A stretch of 32,000 nucleotides of DNA from an uncultured bacterium (GCA_964565945.1 CAZMGY010000019.1:90001-122000); one strand, 5' to 3'. Counted from the first letter of the stretch, positions 16,502 to 25,159 are shown. A program made the numbers and translations. Notes: generated by a model from the sequence alone, not told the origin.

Positions 16502-17949
16502 GCTTTCTTTTCTTCCTTTAAGCGATGTAGAATTTGTAACCTTATTTTATGAACGAGTGGGTGTTCCCACCACAAGATGATTAGGCCATAGGTGAAAAGA
16601 CTAAGGCCAATGCCTGCTAGCGTAAGCGGTCCTTTCGAGAAGATGCTGTGGACACTGACGTATAAGAAGTTCAAAATGATGTTGGCTAGAACAATTGGCC
16701 CAAGGGAGCGAATTTGCTTGGGAGCCGAAGGAAACTCTTTGTTGAGAACTTTTAGAACTACAGCAAAATCAAGCCATTGAATAAAGGTGATGGCCCAGGC
16801 TGCGCCTTTCATATCGTAATGGCGAACCGCAATCGGTATTATGACAAAACCAATGCAGAGGGAAATAATATTAGCGTAAAACAGGGTTTTGGGAGAACCG
16901 ATGCTATTAAGCAATGGAGAGTAGGTAGCTAAAAAACAGCGAAAGCAGGCGTACAAACAAAAGATTTTAAGGATGGGCACCATGCCATACCAGTTGGAGC
17001 TAAACAGCGTGCCAATAATGGGTTGGCTAAACTGAGCTAAAGTGATTAAAGCTGGCAAAAGAACAATCAATAGGCTTTTGAAAATTTGAGTGGTCACAGC
17101 TAGCATGCGTGGTCGGTCATGTTGCAGTTCACAATAAATGGGAAAAGCAACGCCATTAACGGCATGAATCACCATCATGACAGGTATGGAGGCGAAAGTG
17201 AATGCCCAGATATAAAAACCTAGTGCTTGAGCGCTAAGGTATTTGGCGACCACAAAATTGTCGTATTGCATTTTGCTAAATACAAGAAGGCCTTGACCTA
17301 AAATGTATTTCCCATAGGTAATGATGGCGATTAAGATGCGTTTGTGAACTTTTTTAGCTGAAAAGCGGATTTTGGCAAACATAAAGACGCCCAAACTGTT
17401 CACTAAAATAGCTGTGAAGTGGGCGATCAGAAGCATCCAAAAGGAAGAATAAAGCAAACACAAACCTAGTGCCAAAAGAGCATAAGTGGCAATGCTAATC
17501 AGTTCGGCAATGGCAATTTGTTTGAATCTATGGTTTCGCTCAAGATAAGCCACTGATATTGTTTGGAGGGGCCATATCCAGAGGATAGAGCTAAAAATGA
17601 GTAAAATGTTTCCTAAGGGGGGCTTATTAAAAAAACTTTCTAGAGGGTAAGCCAGTAAGAGTAAAAGAAAAAAGAGGACCGCGTTTAAAGCATAGCTGAA
17701 GCACAGAGCTGTGCTTATGATGCGATCTTCGGGGTAAGACTTGTTGTAGACCACAAAAGTTGCGATTCCAAATTGCCCCAAAAGAGCCATAAAGTCGATA
17801 ATACTAATACTAAGAGCAATGAGTCCAAAGTCTTCGGGCAAAAAAATACGAGCCAAAACGATTTTGGCGATTGTCCGAATAAGGTAGCCACTTATATTTT
17901 TGGATAAAAGCCAAAAGCTGTTCGATAAAAGGTTTTCTTTGATGTTCAT
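16498..17949 (-). CDS. Polysaccharide/oligosaccharide flippase (MOP superfamily, Wzx-like)
   Basis: About 480 aa and highly hydrophobic, with 12 or more predicted TM segments. The N-terminus 'NSFWLLSKNISGYLIRTIAKIVLARIFLPEDFGLIALSISI' is typical of polysaccharide-biosynthesis (PST/Wzx) proteins. ATG 17949 is preferred over the GTG at 17967. Confidence 0.75.
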   Translation of the reverse strand: MNIKENLLSNSFWLLSKNISGYLIRTIAKIVLARIFLPEDFGLIALSISIIDFMALLGQFGIATFVVYNKSYPEDRIISTALCFSYALNAVLFFLLLLLAYPLESFFNKPPLGNILLIFSSILWIWPLQTISVAYLERNHRFKQIAIAELISIATYALLALGLCLLYSSFWMLLIAHFTAILVNSLGVFMFAKIRFSAKKVHKRILIAIITYGKYILGQGLLVFSKMQYDNFVVAKYLSAQALGFYIWAFTFASIPVMMVIHAVNGVAFPIYCELQHDRPRMLAVTTQIFKSLLIVLLPALITLAQFSQPIIGTLFSSNWYGMVPILKIFCLYACFRCFLATYSPLLNSIGSPKTLFYANIISLCIGFVIIPIAVRHYDMKGAAWAITFIQWLDFAVVLKVLNKEFPSAPKQIRSLGPIVLANIILNFLYVSVHSIFSKGPLTLAGIGLSLFTYGLIILWWEHPLVHKIRLQILHRLKEEKKA

Positions 17950-17963
17950 ACTCCAGCATTGTA

Positions 17964-18177
17964 TCACTGCTTGGATGGTATGTTCATGAAATGGTGTAAC
18001 ATGGTCTTAATATTATGTTGCAATTGAACATGTGCGATTTCGTGGGCAAGAATACTGGCAACTTCTTCGGCCGAGGAGGTCTTTTCGACTAGTTCGGATG
18101 TGATGGTCGAGCAAGTCGGATTGTTTGTAGAGCAAGAGATGTTGTGTTGCGTCGGAGGTCAACGATATTGGCTTTCA
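17964..18177 (-). pseudogene. Remnant of an M48-type zinc metallopeptidase (frameshifted and truncated)
   Basis: ATG 18177 has a strong AAGGAGA RBS but its frame stops after 29 codons. A second frame reads 'NISCSTNNPTCSTITSELVEKTSSAEEVASILAHEIAHVQLQHNIKTMLHHFMNIPSKQ*', matching the M48 pattern around HExxH. It ends at the flippase start with no C-terminal half. Confidence 0.45.
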
Positions 18178-18395
18178 TAACAGTCTCCTTGAGTTAAACA
18201 CACATCTGTGCGGCTATTTTATAAGAAATGTGTGAAAGAATCTATTGGTCAATGACTGAGATTCACGCATATAATGACCCTAAGTGAGAATTGACTAATC
18301 ACAAACGAAAGAGTGGGATGTGCTTGCTTATTGGGACTTACTTAGAGTGGCTTAAGTTTTGTAAGGTATAGGGTGGGCTGGTGCGAATGGTGTCT

Positions 18396-19211
18396 ATGAT
18401 GAAAATTTTGCTTGTACATGTTTGTATTTCGCTTATGATACTGGCGGTCATTTGGACTGTTCAAGTGCTTATTTATCCCCAGTTCCAGCAGGTACCCCTT
18501 TCTCACTTGTTGGCTTATAGCCAATCGCATGCACGATTGATCAGTTGGATTGTAATGTCCTTGATGGTGTTTGAAGTGATAACTCTTGGATCTCTTTGGG
18601 GTTGTGGTGAATCCCGAAGTCTTTGGTTAAGTGTCGCGACAGTGGCTTTGTTGGCTATGTGGATTCAAACCTTCATGCAGATGGTTCCTCTGCATCAGCA
18701 ACTTCACGAATATGGACAACCTTCGTTGGATCTGGTAAAGCAGCTAATCAGCTTAAATTGGTTTTGGACTATTGCGTGGACGATCAAGTCGCTGGCTCTT
18801 GTTGCGTTAGCCCTTTTGTTAAGATGGCCTTATCTGAAGCCATCTTTTTGGAAAGATATGTCTTGGAGAAGCCCCTTGAATAAGCCCAATGGTATTAGCT
18901 CCTGGGTCGAGACAGTGGATTCCCAGAGGGTTTCACCTATTGATTTAAGATCTTTATCGTCGTCGATTTGGCCACGCATTGAGGCTCACTGGCAGAGGGA
19001 AGGCCGTTCCTTTCGACTTCTTCAAGAACAAGGCCGTCAGCGAATCTATGTGTTATGGACTAAAGCTTGGGTTTTTCCTGATATCATTTGTTTCAAGTTT
19101 ATTGACAATCAAATTCATGTGCGCTCGCAAGCGATGTTGGGTTATTCTGACTTCGGTTACAACCGTAAAATTTGGGATGCGTTGCAAGATCATTTGGTGG
19201 AAACACTGTGA
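18396..19211 (+). CDS. Fusion protein: N-terminal 4-TM domain (DUF1772-like?) plus C-terminal DUF1499-like domain
   Basis: Four hydrophobic helices fill the first ~150 aa. The C-terminal part 'PNGISSWVE...FIDNQIHVRSQAMLGYSDFGYNRKIWDAL' matches the DUF1499 pattern. The start is ambiguous: GTG 18381, or ATG 18387, 18396 or 18399. Confidence 0.6.
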   Translation: MMKILLVHVCISLMILAVIWTVQVLIYPQFQQVPLSHLLAYSQSHARLISWIVMSLMVFEVITLGSLWGCGESRSLWLSVATVALLAMWIQTFMQMVPLHQQLHEYGQPSLDLVKQLISLNWFWTIAWTIKSLALVALALLLRWPYLKPSFWKDMSWRSPLNKPNGISSWVETVDSQRVSPIDLRSLSSSIWPRIEAHWQREGRSFRLLQEQGRQRIYVLWTKAWVFPDIICFKFIDNQIHVRSQAMLGYSDFGYNRKIWDALQDHLVETL

Positions 19212-19373
19212 ATTTTCCACTTGTCAGCAGCCTTGATTAAGTGCATGCGTACGGACACTTTGCTATAATTCTCTCAACGAGTCTTAACAAGCGAAATACC
19301 CCAAAGGGGGCGAGCAATCACTCAAGAGGATTGATAATTTACTTGAGCTTAGTTAATCACTTTCAACAGCAAC

Positions 19374-19829
19374 TTACTGCTTCTTTTTAAAATAACTTTT
19401 TTGGAATTGATTCACCAGATCTCGAATGATTTGGGTATGTTTCGGATCTGTGGTTTGTTTGGCTTTCATAGCATGCACAAGAATGTGATGTAGCCAGGTC
19501 AGTTCCTGCTGATATTTAACAAAATCGTTTTTCTTATTCGGAGAAACGGGTTTAATTCGTTGACACAAAAAATACTTGGCAACAATGTGCTGGATTTTTT
19601 CGGCATGTTTCTCTTTGTTAGATACCCAGCGAACTAACTGATTGGGATTGGCTTGGGCATTAATGGCCTTCATCGACTTTTCGATGGTGTGAGTGTGTTC
19701 GAGTATAAGATTGATCCGAGCTTGATCGTCGTAAATACCACAAGGAATTTCGCAGTGTGACCAGGCGAAAGGTTGAGAGGCAAAAAGACATCCAGCAGTG
19801 GTTAAGGCCAGCATAAAGTGTTTCATCAT
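19374..19829 (-). CDS. sodN: Nickel-containing superoxide dismutase with signal-peptide-like pro-sequence
   Basis: The Ni-hook 'HCEIPCGIYDD' (canonical HCxxPCGxY) comes directly after 'MMKHFMLALTTAGCLFASQPFAWS'. The rest is a four-helix-bundle-length protein. GGAGA RBS. Confidence 0.85.
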   Translation of the reverse strand: MMKHFMLALTTAGCLFASQPFAWSHCEIPCGIYDDQARINLILEHTHTIEKSMKAINAQANPNQLVRWVSNKEKHAEKIQHIVAKYFLCQRIKPVSPNKKNDFVKYQQELTWLHHILVHAMKAKQTTDPKHTQIIRDLVNQFQKSYFKKKQ

Positions 19830-20297
19830 TTTCTCCTATCTGTTTGGGCTAGTTCAGCACATGCTTCATTATACGATGGGCGTTTCGTGTTTAGCAAGTT
19901 TTGATCTCCTGAGGGTTGCAAAACTTGTGAATCGAGACAGTTGTAAAATACCACCAAAGATCACCTGTCTGGTAAAATACAACGATGCCAATCAATTCAG
20001 GCTTTGCTAATCACATTTATACTGAATTTACGCGGTGCTGATTTCTGTATTTAATTCGCCATGGCACTCTTGGGGGATTTTGCTTGGCATTCCTTTTGGA
20101 GTCTTAGTATAGTTCTGGGGGCTTTGCCTTTGCACGGGACAACACAGCTAGGTCTTGTTTACTTGCATCGGTGTGATTGGTTTGCTAGGATATGAATTCT
20201 GGCATAACATGGTTATTGCTTGTAGCGACGGGGTTTATTGGAAGGTGGGGGGAATGTGAGGCAGTTGATTTTGATCATCTTGCTATTCGCGTGGACA

Positions 20298-20306
20298 GGG
20301 GGGGGG
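20298..20306. repeat. G9 homopolymer tract in a noncoding spacer
   Basis: Nine consecutive G at 20298-20306. Further G5-G6 runs lie at 20072-20076, 20117-20121 and about 20246-20251. Confidence 0.95.
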
Positions 20307-20430
20307 AGGAGCTTTTTGACCAAGGAACTGAAACACGCTTAAAGGTTTGAATTTTGGAGTTACTTTTCTTGCGTAAGCCAGGGACTTTCATTAGAAATAG
20401 AGGCTCACTTAAAAAATAGGAGGTTTAAGT

Positions 20431-20928
20431 ATGGCGGATTCGTTCTCATTTGATATTTTTTCGGACGTGGATGATCAAGAGGTGATGAATGCTATGCATC
20501 AGGCAAACAAAGAACATTCACAGCGTTTTGACTTAAAAAACACCAATAGCAACATTGAGTTCAAAAAAGAAGATCATGCCTTGGTGGTGGCTTCGGCCGA
20601 TAAATACACCCTTAACAGTGTGGTTGAGATTCTAAAAAGTAAGCTGGTGAAACGAGGGGTTTCATTGAAATCGTTGAACTATGAAAAAATAGAAGATGCT
20701 CAGTCGGGTACGGCGCGTCAGCAAATAACATTTCAACAAGGGATTCCGAGCGATAAAGCCAAAGAAATTGTGAAAGACATTAAAGCGAGCAAGTTAAAAG
20801 TGCAAGCACAGATTATGGATCAGAAAGTGCGTGTGTCAGGCAAAAAAAGGGATGATCTTCAAGAAGTTATGAATATTGTGAAGCAAAAAGACTATGACAT
20901 TCATGTCGATTTTGGAAATTATAGATAA
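20431..20928 (+). CDS. yajQ: YajQ-family (UPF0234) nucleotide/c-di-GMP-binding protein
   Basis: 165 aa. 'SFDIFSDVD', 'SKLKVQAQI', 'RVSGKKRDDLQEVM' and the C-terminal 'FGNYR' are colinear with E. coli YajQ as I recall it. AGGAGG RBS. Confidence 0.92.
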   Translation: MADSFSFDIFSDVDDQEVMNAMHQANKEHSQRFDLKNTNSNIEFKKEDHALVVASADKYTLNSVVEILKSKLVKRGVSLKSLNYEKIEDAQSGTARQQITFQQGIPSDKAKEIVKDIKASKLKVQAQIMDQKVRVSGKKRDDLQEVMNIVKQKDYDIHVDFGNYR

Positions 20929-20937
20929 GGTTGAATC

Positions 20938-23571
20938 ATGAAAAGCTCTCAGTTACGCCAAGCCTACCTTGATTTTTTTAAAACCAAAGAGCACGTGCGC
21001 GTGCGCAGTGATCATTTAGTGCCTCAAAAAGATCCGACCTTGCTGTTTACCACGGCAGGGATGGTTCAGTTTAAGCCTTTATACATGGGAGCTCCGATGA
21101 CCTATTCGCGTGCTGTTTCGGTGCAAAAATGTTTAAGGGCTGGGGGTAAGGATAGTGATTTGGAGAATGTGGGCAAAACATTAAGGCATCACACCTTTTT
21201 TGAAATGCTGGGCAATTTTTCGTTTGGAGACTATTTTAAGAGAGAAGCGATCACTTGGGCTTGGGACTTTATCAATAACACATTGGAACTCCCTACCGAC
21301 AAACTTTGGGTTTCGGTCTACAAAGATGACGAAGAATCGGCGAAGCTTTGGCTCGATACAATAGGTTTCCCTAAAGAGCACTTGGTGTATTTGGGCGATG
21401 CCGATAACTTTTGGGGGCCAGCAGGAGGTTCGGGGGCTTGTGGACCTTGTTCGGAACTACATATTGATTTAGGCCCAGAGAGAGATCCTTCAGTCCAAGA
21501 AGGTGACTTGGAAAATGGTGGCGAACGGTATTTCGAATTTTGGAACTTGGTTTTTCCTCAGTACAATCAACTGAAAGACGGTTCGCGTGAAGCCCTTGAA
21601 AGGCGCGGTATCGACACAGGAATGGGACTAGAGCGTTTGACATTTATTATGCAATATCTGAATGGAACGGCTCAGAGCAATTACGAGACCGATTTGTTTG
21701 CTCCCATTATCGAGAAGGTCTCTGCTATGAGTGGTGTGGCCTATCACAAAGATGCGGCCACGGACTATGCGATGCATGTGATTGCCGATCATATTCGTGC
21801 GCTAACGTTCACTTTTGCCGAGAACTTGATTCCGTCCAACGAAGGACGAGGCTATGTTTTGCGTCGTATTTTGCGTCGGGCTTATCGTTTTGGCTCAACC
21901 TTGCAACTCAAAGAGCCTTTTTTGTATACTTTGGTGCCGACCGTGGTGTCGATTATGGGAGAGGTGTATCCCGAAATCAAAGAGGCTCAGGCTCATGTGC
22001 AAAATTTAATCCAGGTTGAAGAAGAGTCGTTTCAAAAAACCTTGCAAAGTTGCGAAGTTTTTCTCGAAGATATTTTATCCGCCAGTGTCGCTCACAAACA
22101 AATCTCGGGGCGACACATCTTTAAACTATACGACACGTACGGTCTGCCTTTAGATATGCTTGCCGATATTGCCGAAGAACGTGGTTATACCATTGACCAG
22201 GCTGGTTTTGATGTGCTCATGCAGGAGCAAAAAGAGCGTGCACGCCAAGGATGGTCTGGAGGTGATAAGGCCTCTATGCTTGACCAGTTTAACGAAATTC
22301 TAACAGAGCATGGCGAAACACGCTTTTTGGGTTACCAAAGCATGCAAGCCAACGCTCAGGTGTTGGCGGTGATTGAGGATAGCGAAGCCGAGCAAAGCTA
22401 TGTGATCACCGATCAGACGCCCTTTTATGCTGAGTCTGGAGGACAATCGGGAGATCATGGACGTTTGGTGAGTGCGAGTTCAAACTACGCCATTGTGGAT
22501 ACACAGCAATTTGTGGCTGGATTAAGTGTGCATGTATTTCAGGGGATTCTTAAAGATGTTGCGGTTGGAGATACAGTCAGTTTGGGGGTTGACTCGGAGC
22601 GCCGGCGCAGACTGTCCAATAATCATACGGTCACCCATATTTTGCAAAGTGTGCTCAAACAAGAGTTGGGTAATGATATTCGTCAAGCTGGATCTTTGGT
22701 CGAAGAGGACTATCTTCGTTTTGATTTTAGTTACTTTGAGGCGATTCCCGAGGAGGCTCTTCGTTGCATCGAAGATCGTGTGAATCAGTATATTTGGAGC
22801 AATGCTACTGTTGCCGTTGATCAGAAAACACTTGATCAAGCGAAAGAGGAAGGTGCTCTTTCATTTTTTGACGAGAAATACGGCGACACGGTCCGCATGA
22901 TTTCTGTTGGTGATTTTAGTAAAGAGTTGTGCGGTGGAACGCATGTGCCTCAAACGGGACAAATTGGGTTTTTCAAAATCACCAACGAATCTTCGGTGGC
23001 GGCAGGAACACGACGGATTACTGCTTTAACAGGAGAGGCCGCGATGCGCAAAGTTTATTGTCAAGAGAATGTGGTAGCGGGCCTTAAAAAGCAGCTTAAA
23101 GCCAGTGAAGATGAATTGTTTGAGCGCGTGGCTCAATTGCAAAAAAATCTTAAGGATGCCGATAAGCGTTTGCAACAAGCTGCCAAAAATGCTGTGCTTT
23201 CAGAATTGGACGATTTAGAAACCGATGTTTTTCAGCATCAAGATGCTTCAGTATGGTCTAAACTATTGACTGTGTCGGATGGAAGCGTGTTGAAAGATAT
23301 TCATGATTGTGTGCGTCATAAGCAGGAAGATTGGATTCTGATTTTGGCTGCCAATGTAGATGGCAAAGGTCAATTTGTGGTCAGTGTTCCTAAGGAACGT
23401 ACTAAGCAAGGTTGGCATGCAGGACATATTGTGAAAGCTTTAGCCACCCGCGCTGGTGGTGGAGGGGGTGGACGTCCTGATTTGGCTCAAGCGGGGTGTA
23501 AAGATGCTTCGTCCTTGCCTGATATTATGAAAGATTTGGCCAGTTTGCTATCCGAAGTCGTTTCAGCTTAG
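20938..23571 (+). CDS. alaS: Alanine--tRNA ligase
   Basis: 877 aa. 'FTTAGMVQFKP', 'QKCLRAGGKDSDLENVG', 'HHTFFEMLGNFSFGDYFK', 'FWNLVFPQYN', the editing-domain 'HTVTHIL'/'CGGTHV' and a C-terminal DHHA1-like tail with a GGGGGG loop. Confidence 0.96.
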   Translation: MKSSQLRQAYLDFFKTKEHVRVRSDHLVPQKDPTLLFTTAGMVQFKPLYMGAPMTYSRAVSVQKCLRAGGKDSDLENVGKTLRHHTFFEMLGNFSFGDYFKREAITWAWDFINNTLELPTDKLWVSVYKDDEESAKLWLDTIGFPKEHLVYLGDADNFWGPAGGSGACGPCSELHIDLGPERDPSVQEGDLENGGERYFEFWNLVFPQYNQLKDGSREALERRGIDTGMGLERLTFIMQYLNGTAQSNYETDLFAPIIEKVSAMSGVAYHKDAATDYAMHVIADHIRALTFTFAENLIPSNEGRGYVLRRILRRAYRFGSTLQLKEPFLYTLVPTVVSIMGEVYPEIKEAQAHVQNLIQVEEESFQKTLQSCEVFLEDILSASVAHKQISGRHIFKLYDTYGLPLDMLADIAEERGYTIDQAGFDVLMQEQKERARQGWSGGDKASMLDQFNEILTEHGETRFLGYQSMQANAQVLAVIEDSEAEQSYVITDQTPFYAESGGQSGDHGRLVSASSNYAIVDTQQFVAGLSVHVFQGILKDVAVGDTVSLGVDSERRRRLSNNHTVTHILQSVLKQELGNDIRQAGSLVEEDYLRFDFSYFEAIPEEALRCIEDRVNQYIWSNATVAVDQKTLDQAKEEGALSFFDEKYGDTVRMISVGDFSKELCGGTHVPQTGQIGFFKITNESSVAAGTRRITALTGEAAMRKVYCQENVVAGLKKQLKASEDELFERVAQLQKNLKDADKRLQQAAKNAVLSELDDLETDVFQHQDASVWSKLLTVSDGSVLKDIHDCVRHKQEDWILILAANVDGKGQFVVSVPKERTKQGWHAGHIVKALATRAGGGGGGRPDLAQAGCKDASSLPDIMKDLASLLSEVVSA

Positions 23572-23652
23572 GTCGGCAACGTGAAAAAGGGCGATAAAGG
23601 GGGCTGGATTGAATCGGAAGATAACCTTAGCCAAGGAGGAATCTTTGTTGGG

Positions 23653-23707
23653 TCTTTGGTGATGCTCTAGTCTCTGGTAATGTTCGAGTCGCTGGCGAAG
23701 GTGAGAG
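23653..23707. repeat. Three imperfect ~18-bp tandem repeats in the alaS-hisD spacer
   Basis: TCTTTGGTGATGCTCTAG / TCTCTGGTAATGTTCGAG / TCGCTGGCGAAGGTGAGAG, arranged head to tail. Confidence 0.6.
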
Positions 23708-23830
23708 CTGTGACAATGATTGAGTTTCTGATCAATGTTTGGTTTAGGTAATCCGTAATTGATTAGATCTAGTATTAACTTATGTGTATTTTTTATTATG
23801 ATTGTTAAAAGACAAAATAAAATCAAGCAT

Positions 23831-23858
23831 TTAGAGAAAAGATAAAACTTGCTATAAT
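23831..23858 (+). promoter_or_regulatory. Candidate promoter of the his cluster
   Basis: Extended -10 'TGCTATAAT' (TATAAT at 23853-23858) with a weak -35 TTAGAG at 23831-23836 and a 16-nt spacer. It is very close to ATG 23867, so the true hisD start could be ATG 23897 (MSLLKTL). Confidence 0.3.
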
Positions 23859-23866
23859 ACGAGGCT

Positions 23867-25156
23867 ATGAAGATATTTAAGTCCAAAGACATAACGATGT
23901 CGCTTTTAAAAACCCTGACTCGCCAGGGCTTAGGCGATGTTTCGGCTCCGCGAGAGCAAGTTTTGCGTGTGTTGCAAAATGTTCAAAACAATGGCGATGG
24001 GGCTTTGTGTGAGTACACCCAAAAGTTCGATGGAGTCTCGTTGACTGCCCGTGATCTTAGAGTGTCCGAAGATAAACTTCAAAAGGCTCAGGTTTCATCT
24101 CAAATTGAGCAGGCTCTTGGGAAAGCTAAGGAAAACATTGAGCGCTATCAAAAACTATTACTACCTTCGGGTGATGTGCGCGATGAAAACAATGGTGTTA
24201 TGTTGGGTGCTCGTTACATTCGGCTTGATCGTGTGGGTGTTTATGTTCCTGGAGGTTCAGCACCTCTGGTTTCGACAGTTTTGATGACGGTATTGCCCGC
24301 TAAAGTCGCTGGAGTGAAAGAGGTTGTTGTGGCATCGCCTCCCACGCATAATGGAAATATTCATCCCGCTATTTTGTACGCATGTCGATTATGTGGTGTG
24401 AGTGAAGTGTATCGTGTTGGTGGAGCACAAGCGATTGCGGCCATGGCTTTTGGCAGTGAAACCATCTCACCCGTTGACAAAATTGTGGGGCCGGGCAATT
24501 TGTATGTGACTTTGGCCAAAAAAGAAGTATTTGGCACGGTGGATATCGATATGATTGCAGGGCCGAGTGAGATTATGGTTGTGGCCGATGAACAAGCTCC
24601 GATTGATTGGGTGGTCTATGATTTGATGTCGCAAGCCGAGCACGATCCCTTGGCGGCCTCTTATTTGGTTTGCTTCGATGAGGATTATGCTGAACAAGTA
24701 GTGCAGCGTTTTGAGGAACTGAGGCGAGATAGGTCGCGTAAAGATGTGATTGAGAGGTCATGGCAAGATCATGGACATGTGTTTGTAGTTAAGGACAACG
24801 AACAGGCTAGCGAAGTGATCAATGCGATTGCGCCCGAGCATTTGGAACTCATGGTGAGGGATGCCGAATCTTTTATATCTCATGTGAAGCATGCTGGGGC
24901 CATTTTTATCGGGAATTATACGCCAGAGGCGGTTGGGGACTATTTTGCAGGGCCAAGCCATGTCTTGCCGACCAGTGGTTCGGCGCGTTTTTTTTCGCCT
25001 TTGAGTGTGATGAGTTTTTTAAAGACCTCCAGTTTGTTATCGTATTCCGAAGAAGCGTTTCGACGTGAAGGGGCGATGATGGCGGCTTTGGCGGATTTAG
25101 AAGGCCTTGATGCACATGCCCAGTCTGTGAATGTCCGATTAGATAAAGGTGAGTGA
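23867..25156 (+). CDS. hisD: Histidinol dehydrogenase
   Basis: '[15 protein letters not shown]', '[12 protein letters not shown]', '[12 protein letters not shown]', '[11 protein letters not shown]', 'SQAEHD', 'APEHLEL' and '[12 protein letters not shown]'. Confidence 0.93.
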   Translation: MKIFKSKDITMSLLKTLTRQGLGDVSAPREQVLRVLQNVQNNGDGALCEYTQKFDGVSLTARDLRVSEDKLQKAQVSSQIEQALGKAKENIERYQKLLLPSGDVRDENNGVMLGARYIRLDRVGVYVPGGSAPLVSTVLMTVLPAKVAGVKEVVVASPPTHNGNIHPAILYACRLCGVSEVYRVGGAQAIAAMAFGSETISPVDKIVGPGNLYVTLAKKEVFGTVDIDMIAGPSEIMVVADEQAPIDWVVYDLMSQAEHDPLAASYLVCFDEDYAEQVVQRFEELRRDRSRKDVIERSWQDHGHVFVVKDNEQASEVINAIAPEHLELMVRDAESFISHVKHAGAIFIGNYTPEAVGDYFAGPSHVLPTSGSARFFSPLSVMSFLKTSSLLSYSEEAFRREGAMMAALADLEGLDAHAQSVNVRLDKGE

Positions 25157-25159
25157 GCG

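Noticed and set aside
19798-20010. 70-aa plus-strand ORF upstream of sodN
   Set aside because: It starts inside the sodN coding region on the opposite strand and has no RBS or recognisable motif. I looked here specifically for a SodX (S26-type) peptidase and found none.
20072-20306. G-quadruplex formed by the four G-runs
   Set aside because: The runs are 40-125 nt apart, far beyond the usual loop lengths for stable intramolecular G4. I kept them only as a compositional oddity in the spacer finding.
23572-23866. Histidine attenuator leader peptide or T-box upstream of hisD
   Set aside because: There is no plus-strand mini-ORF with consecutive His codons and no T-box consensus or terminator/antiterminator pair that I could see. 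The only His-rich translation is on the wrong strand.
23563-23892. 109-aa minus-strand ORF spanning the alaS-hisD spacer
   Set aside because: It overlaps the alaS stop and the hisD start. Its only 'feature' (QRLEHYQRLEHHQ) comes from the 18-bp tandem DNA repeats, and the rest is AT-rich promoter sequence read as Ile/Leu/Phe/Lys.
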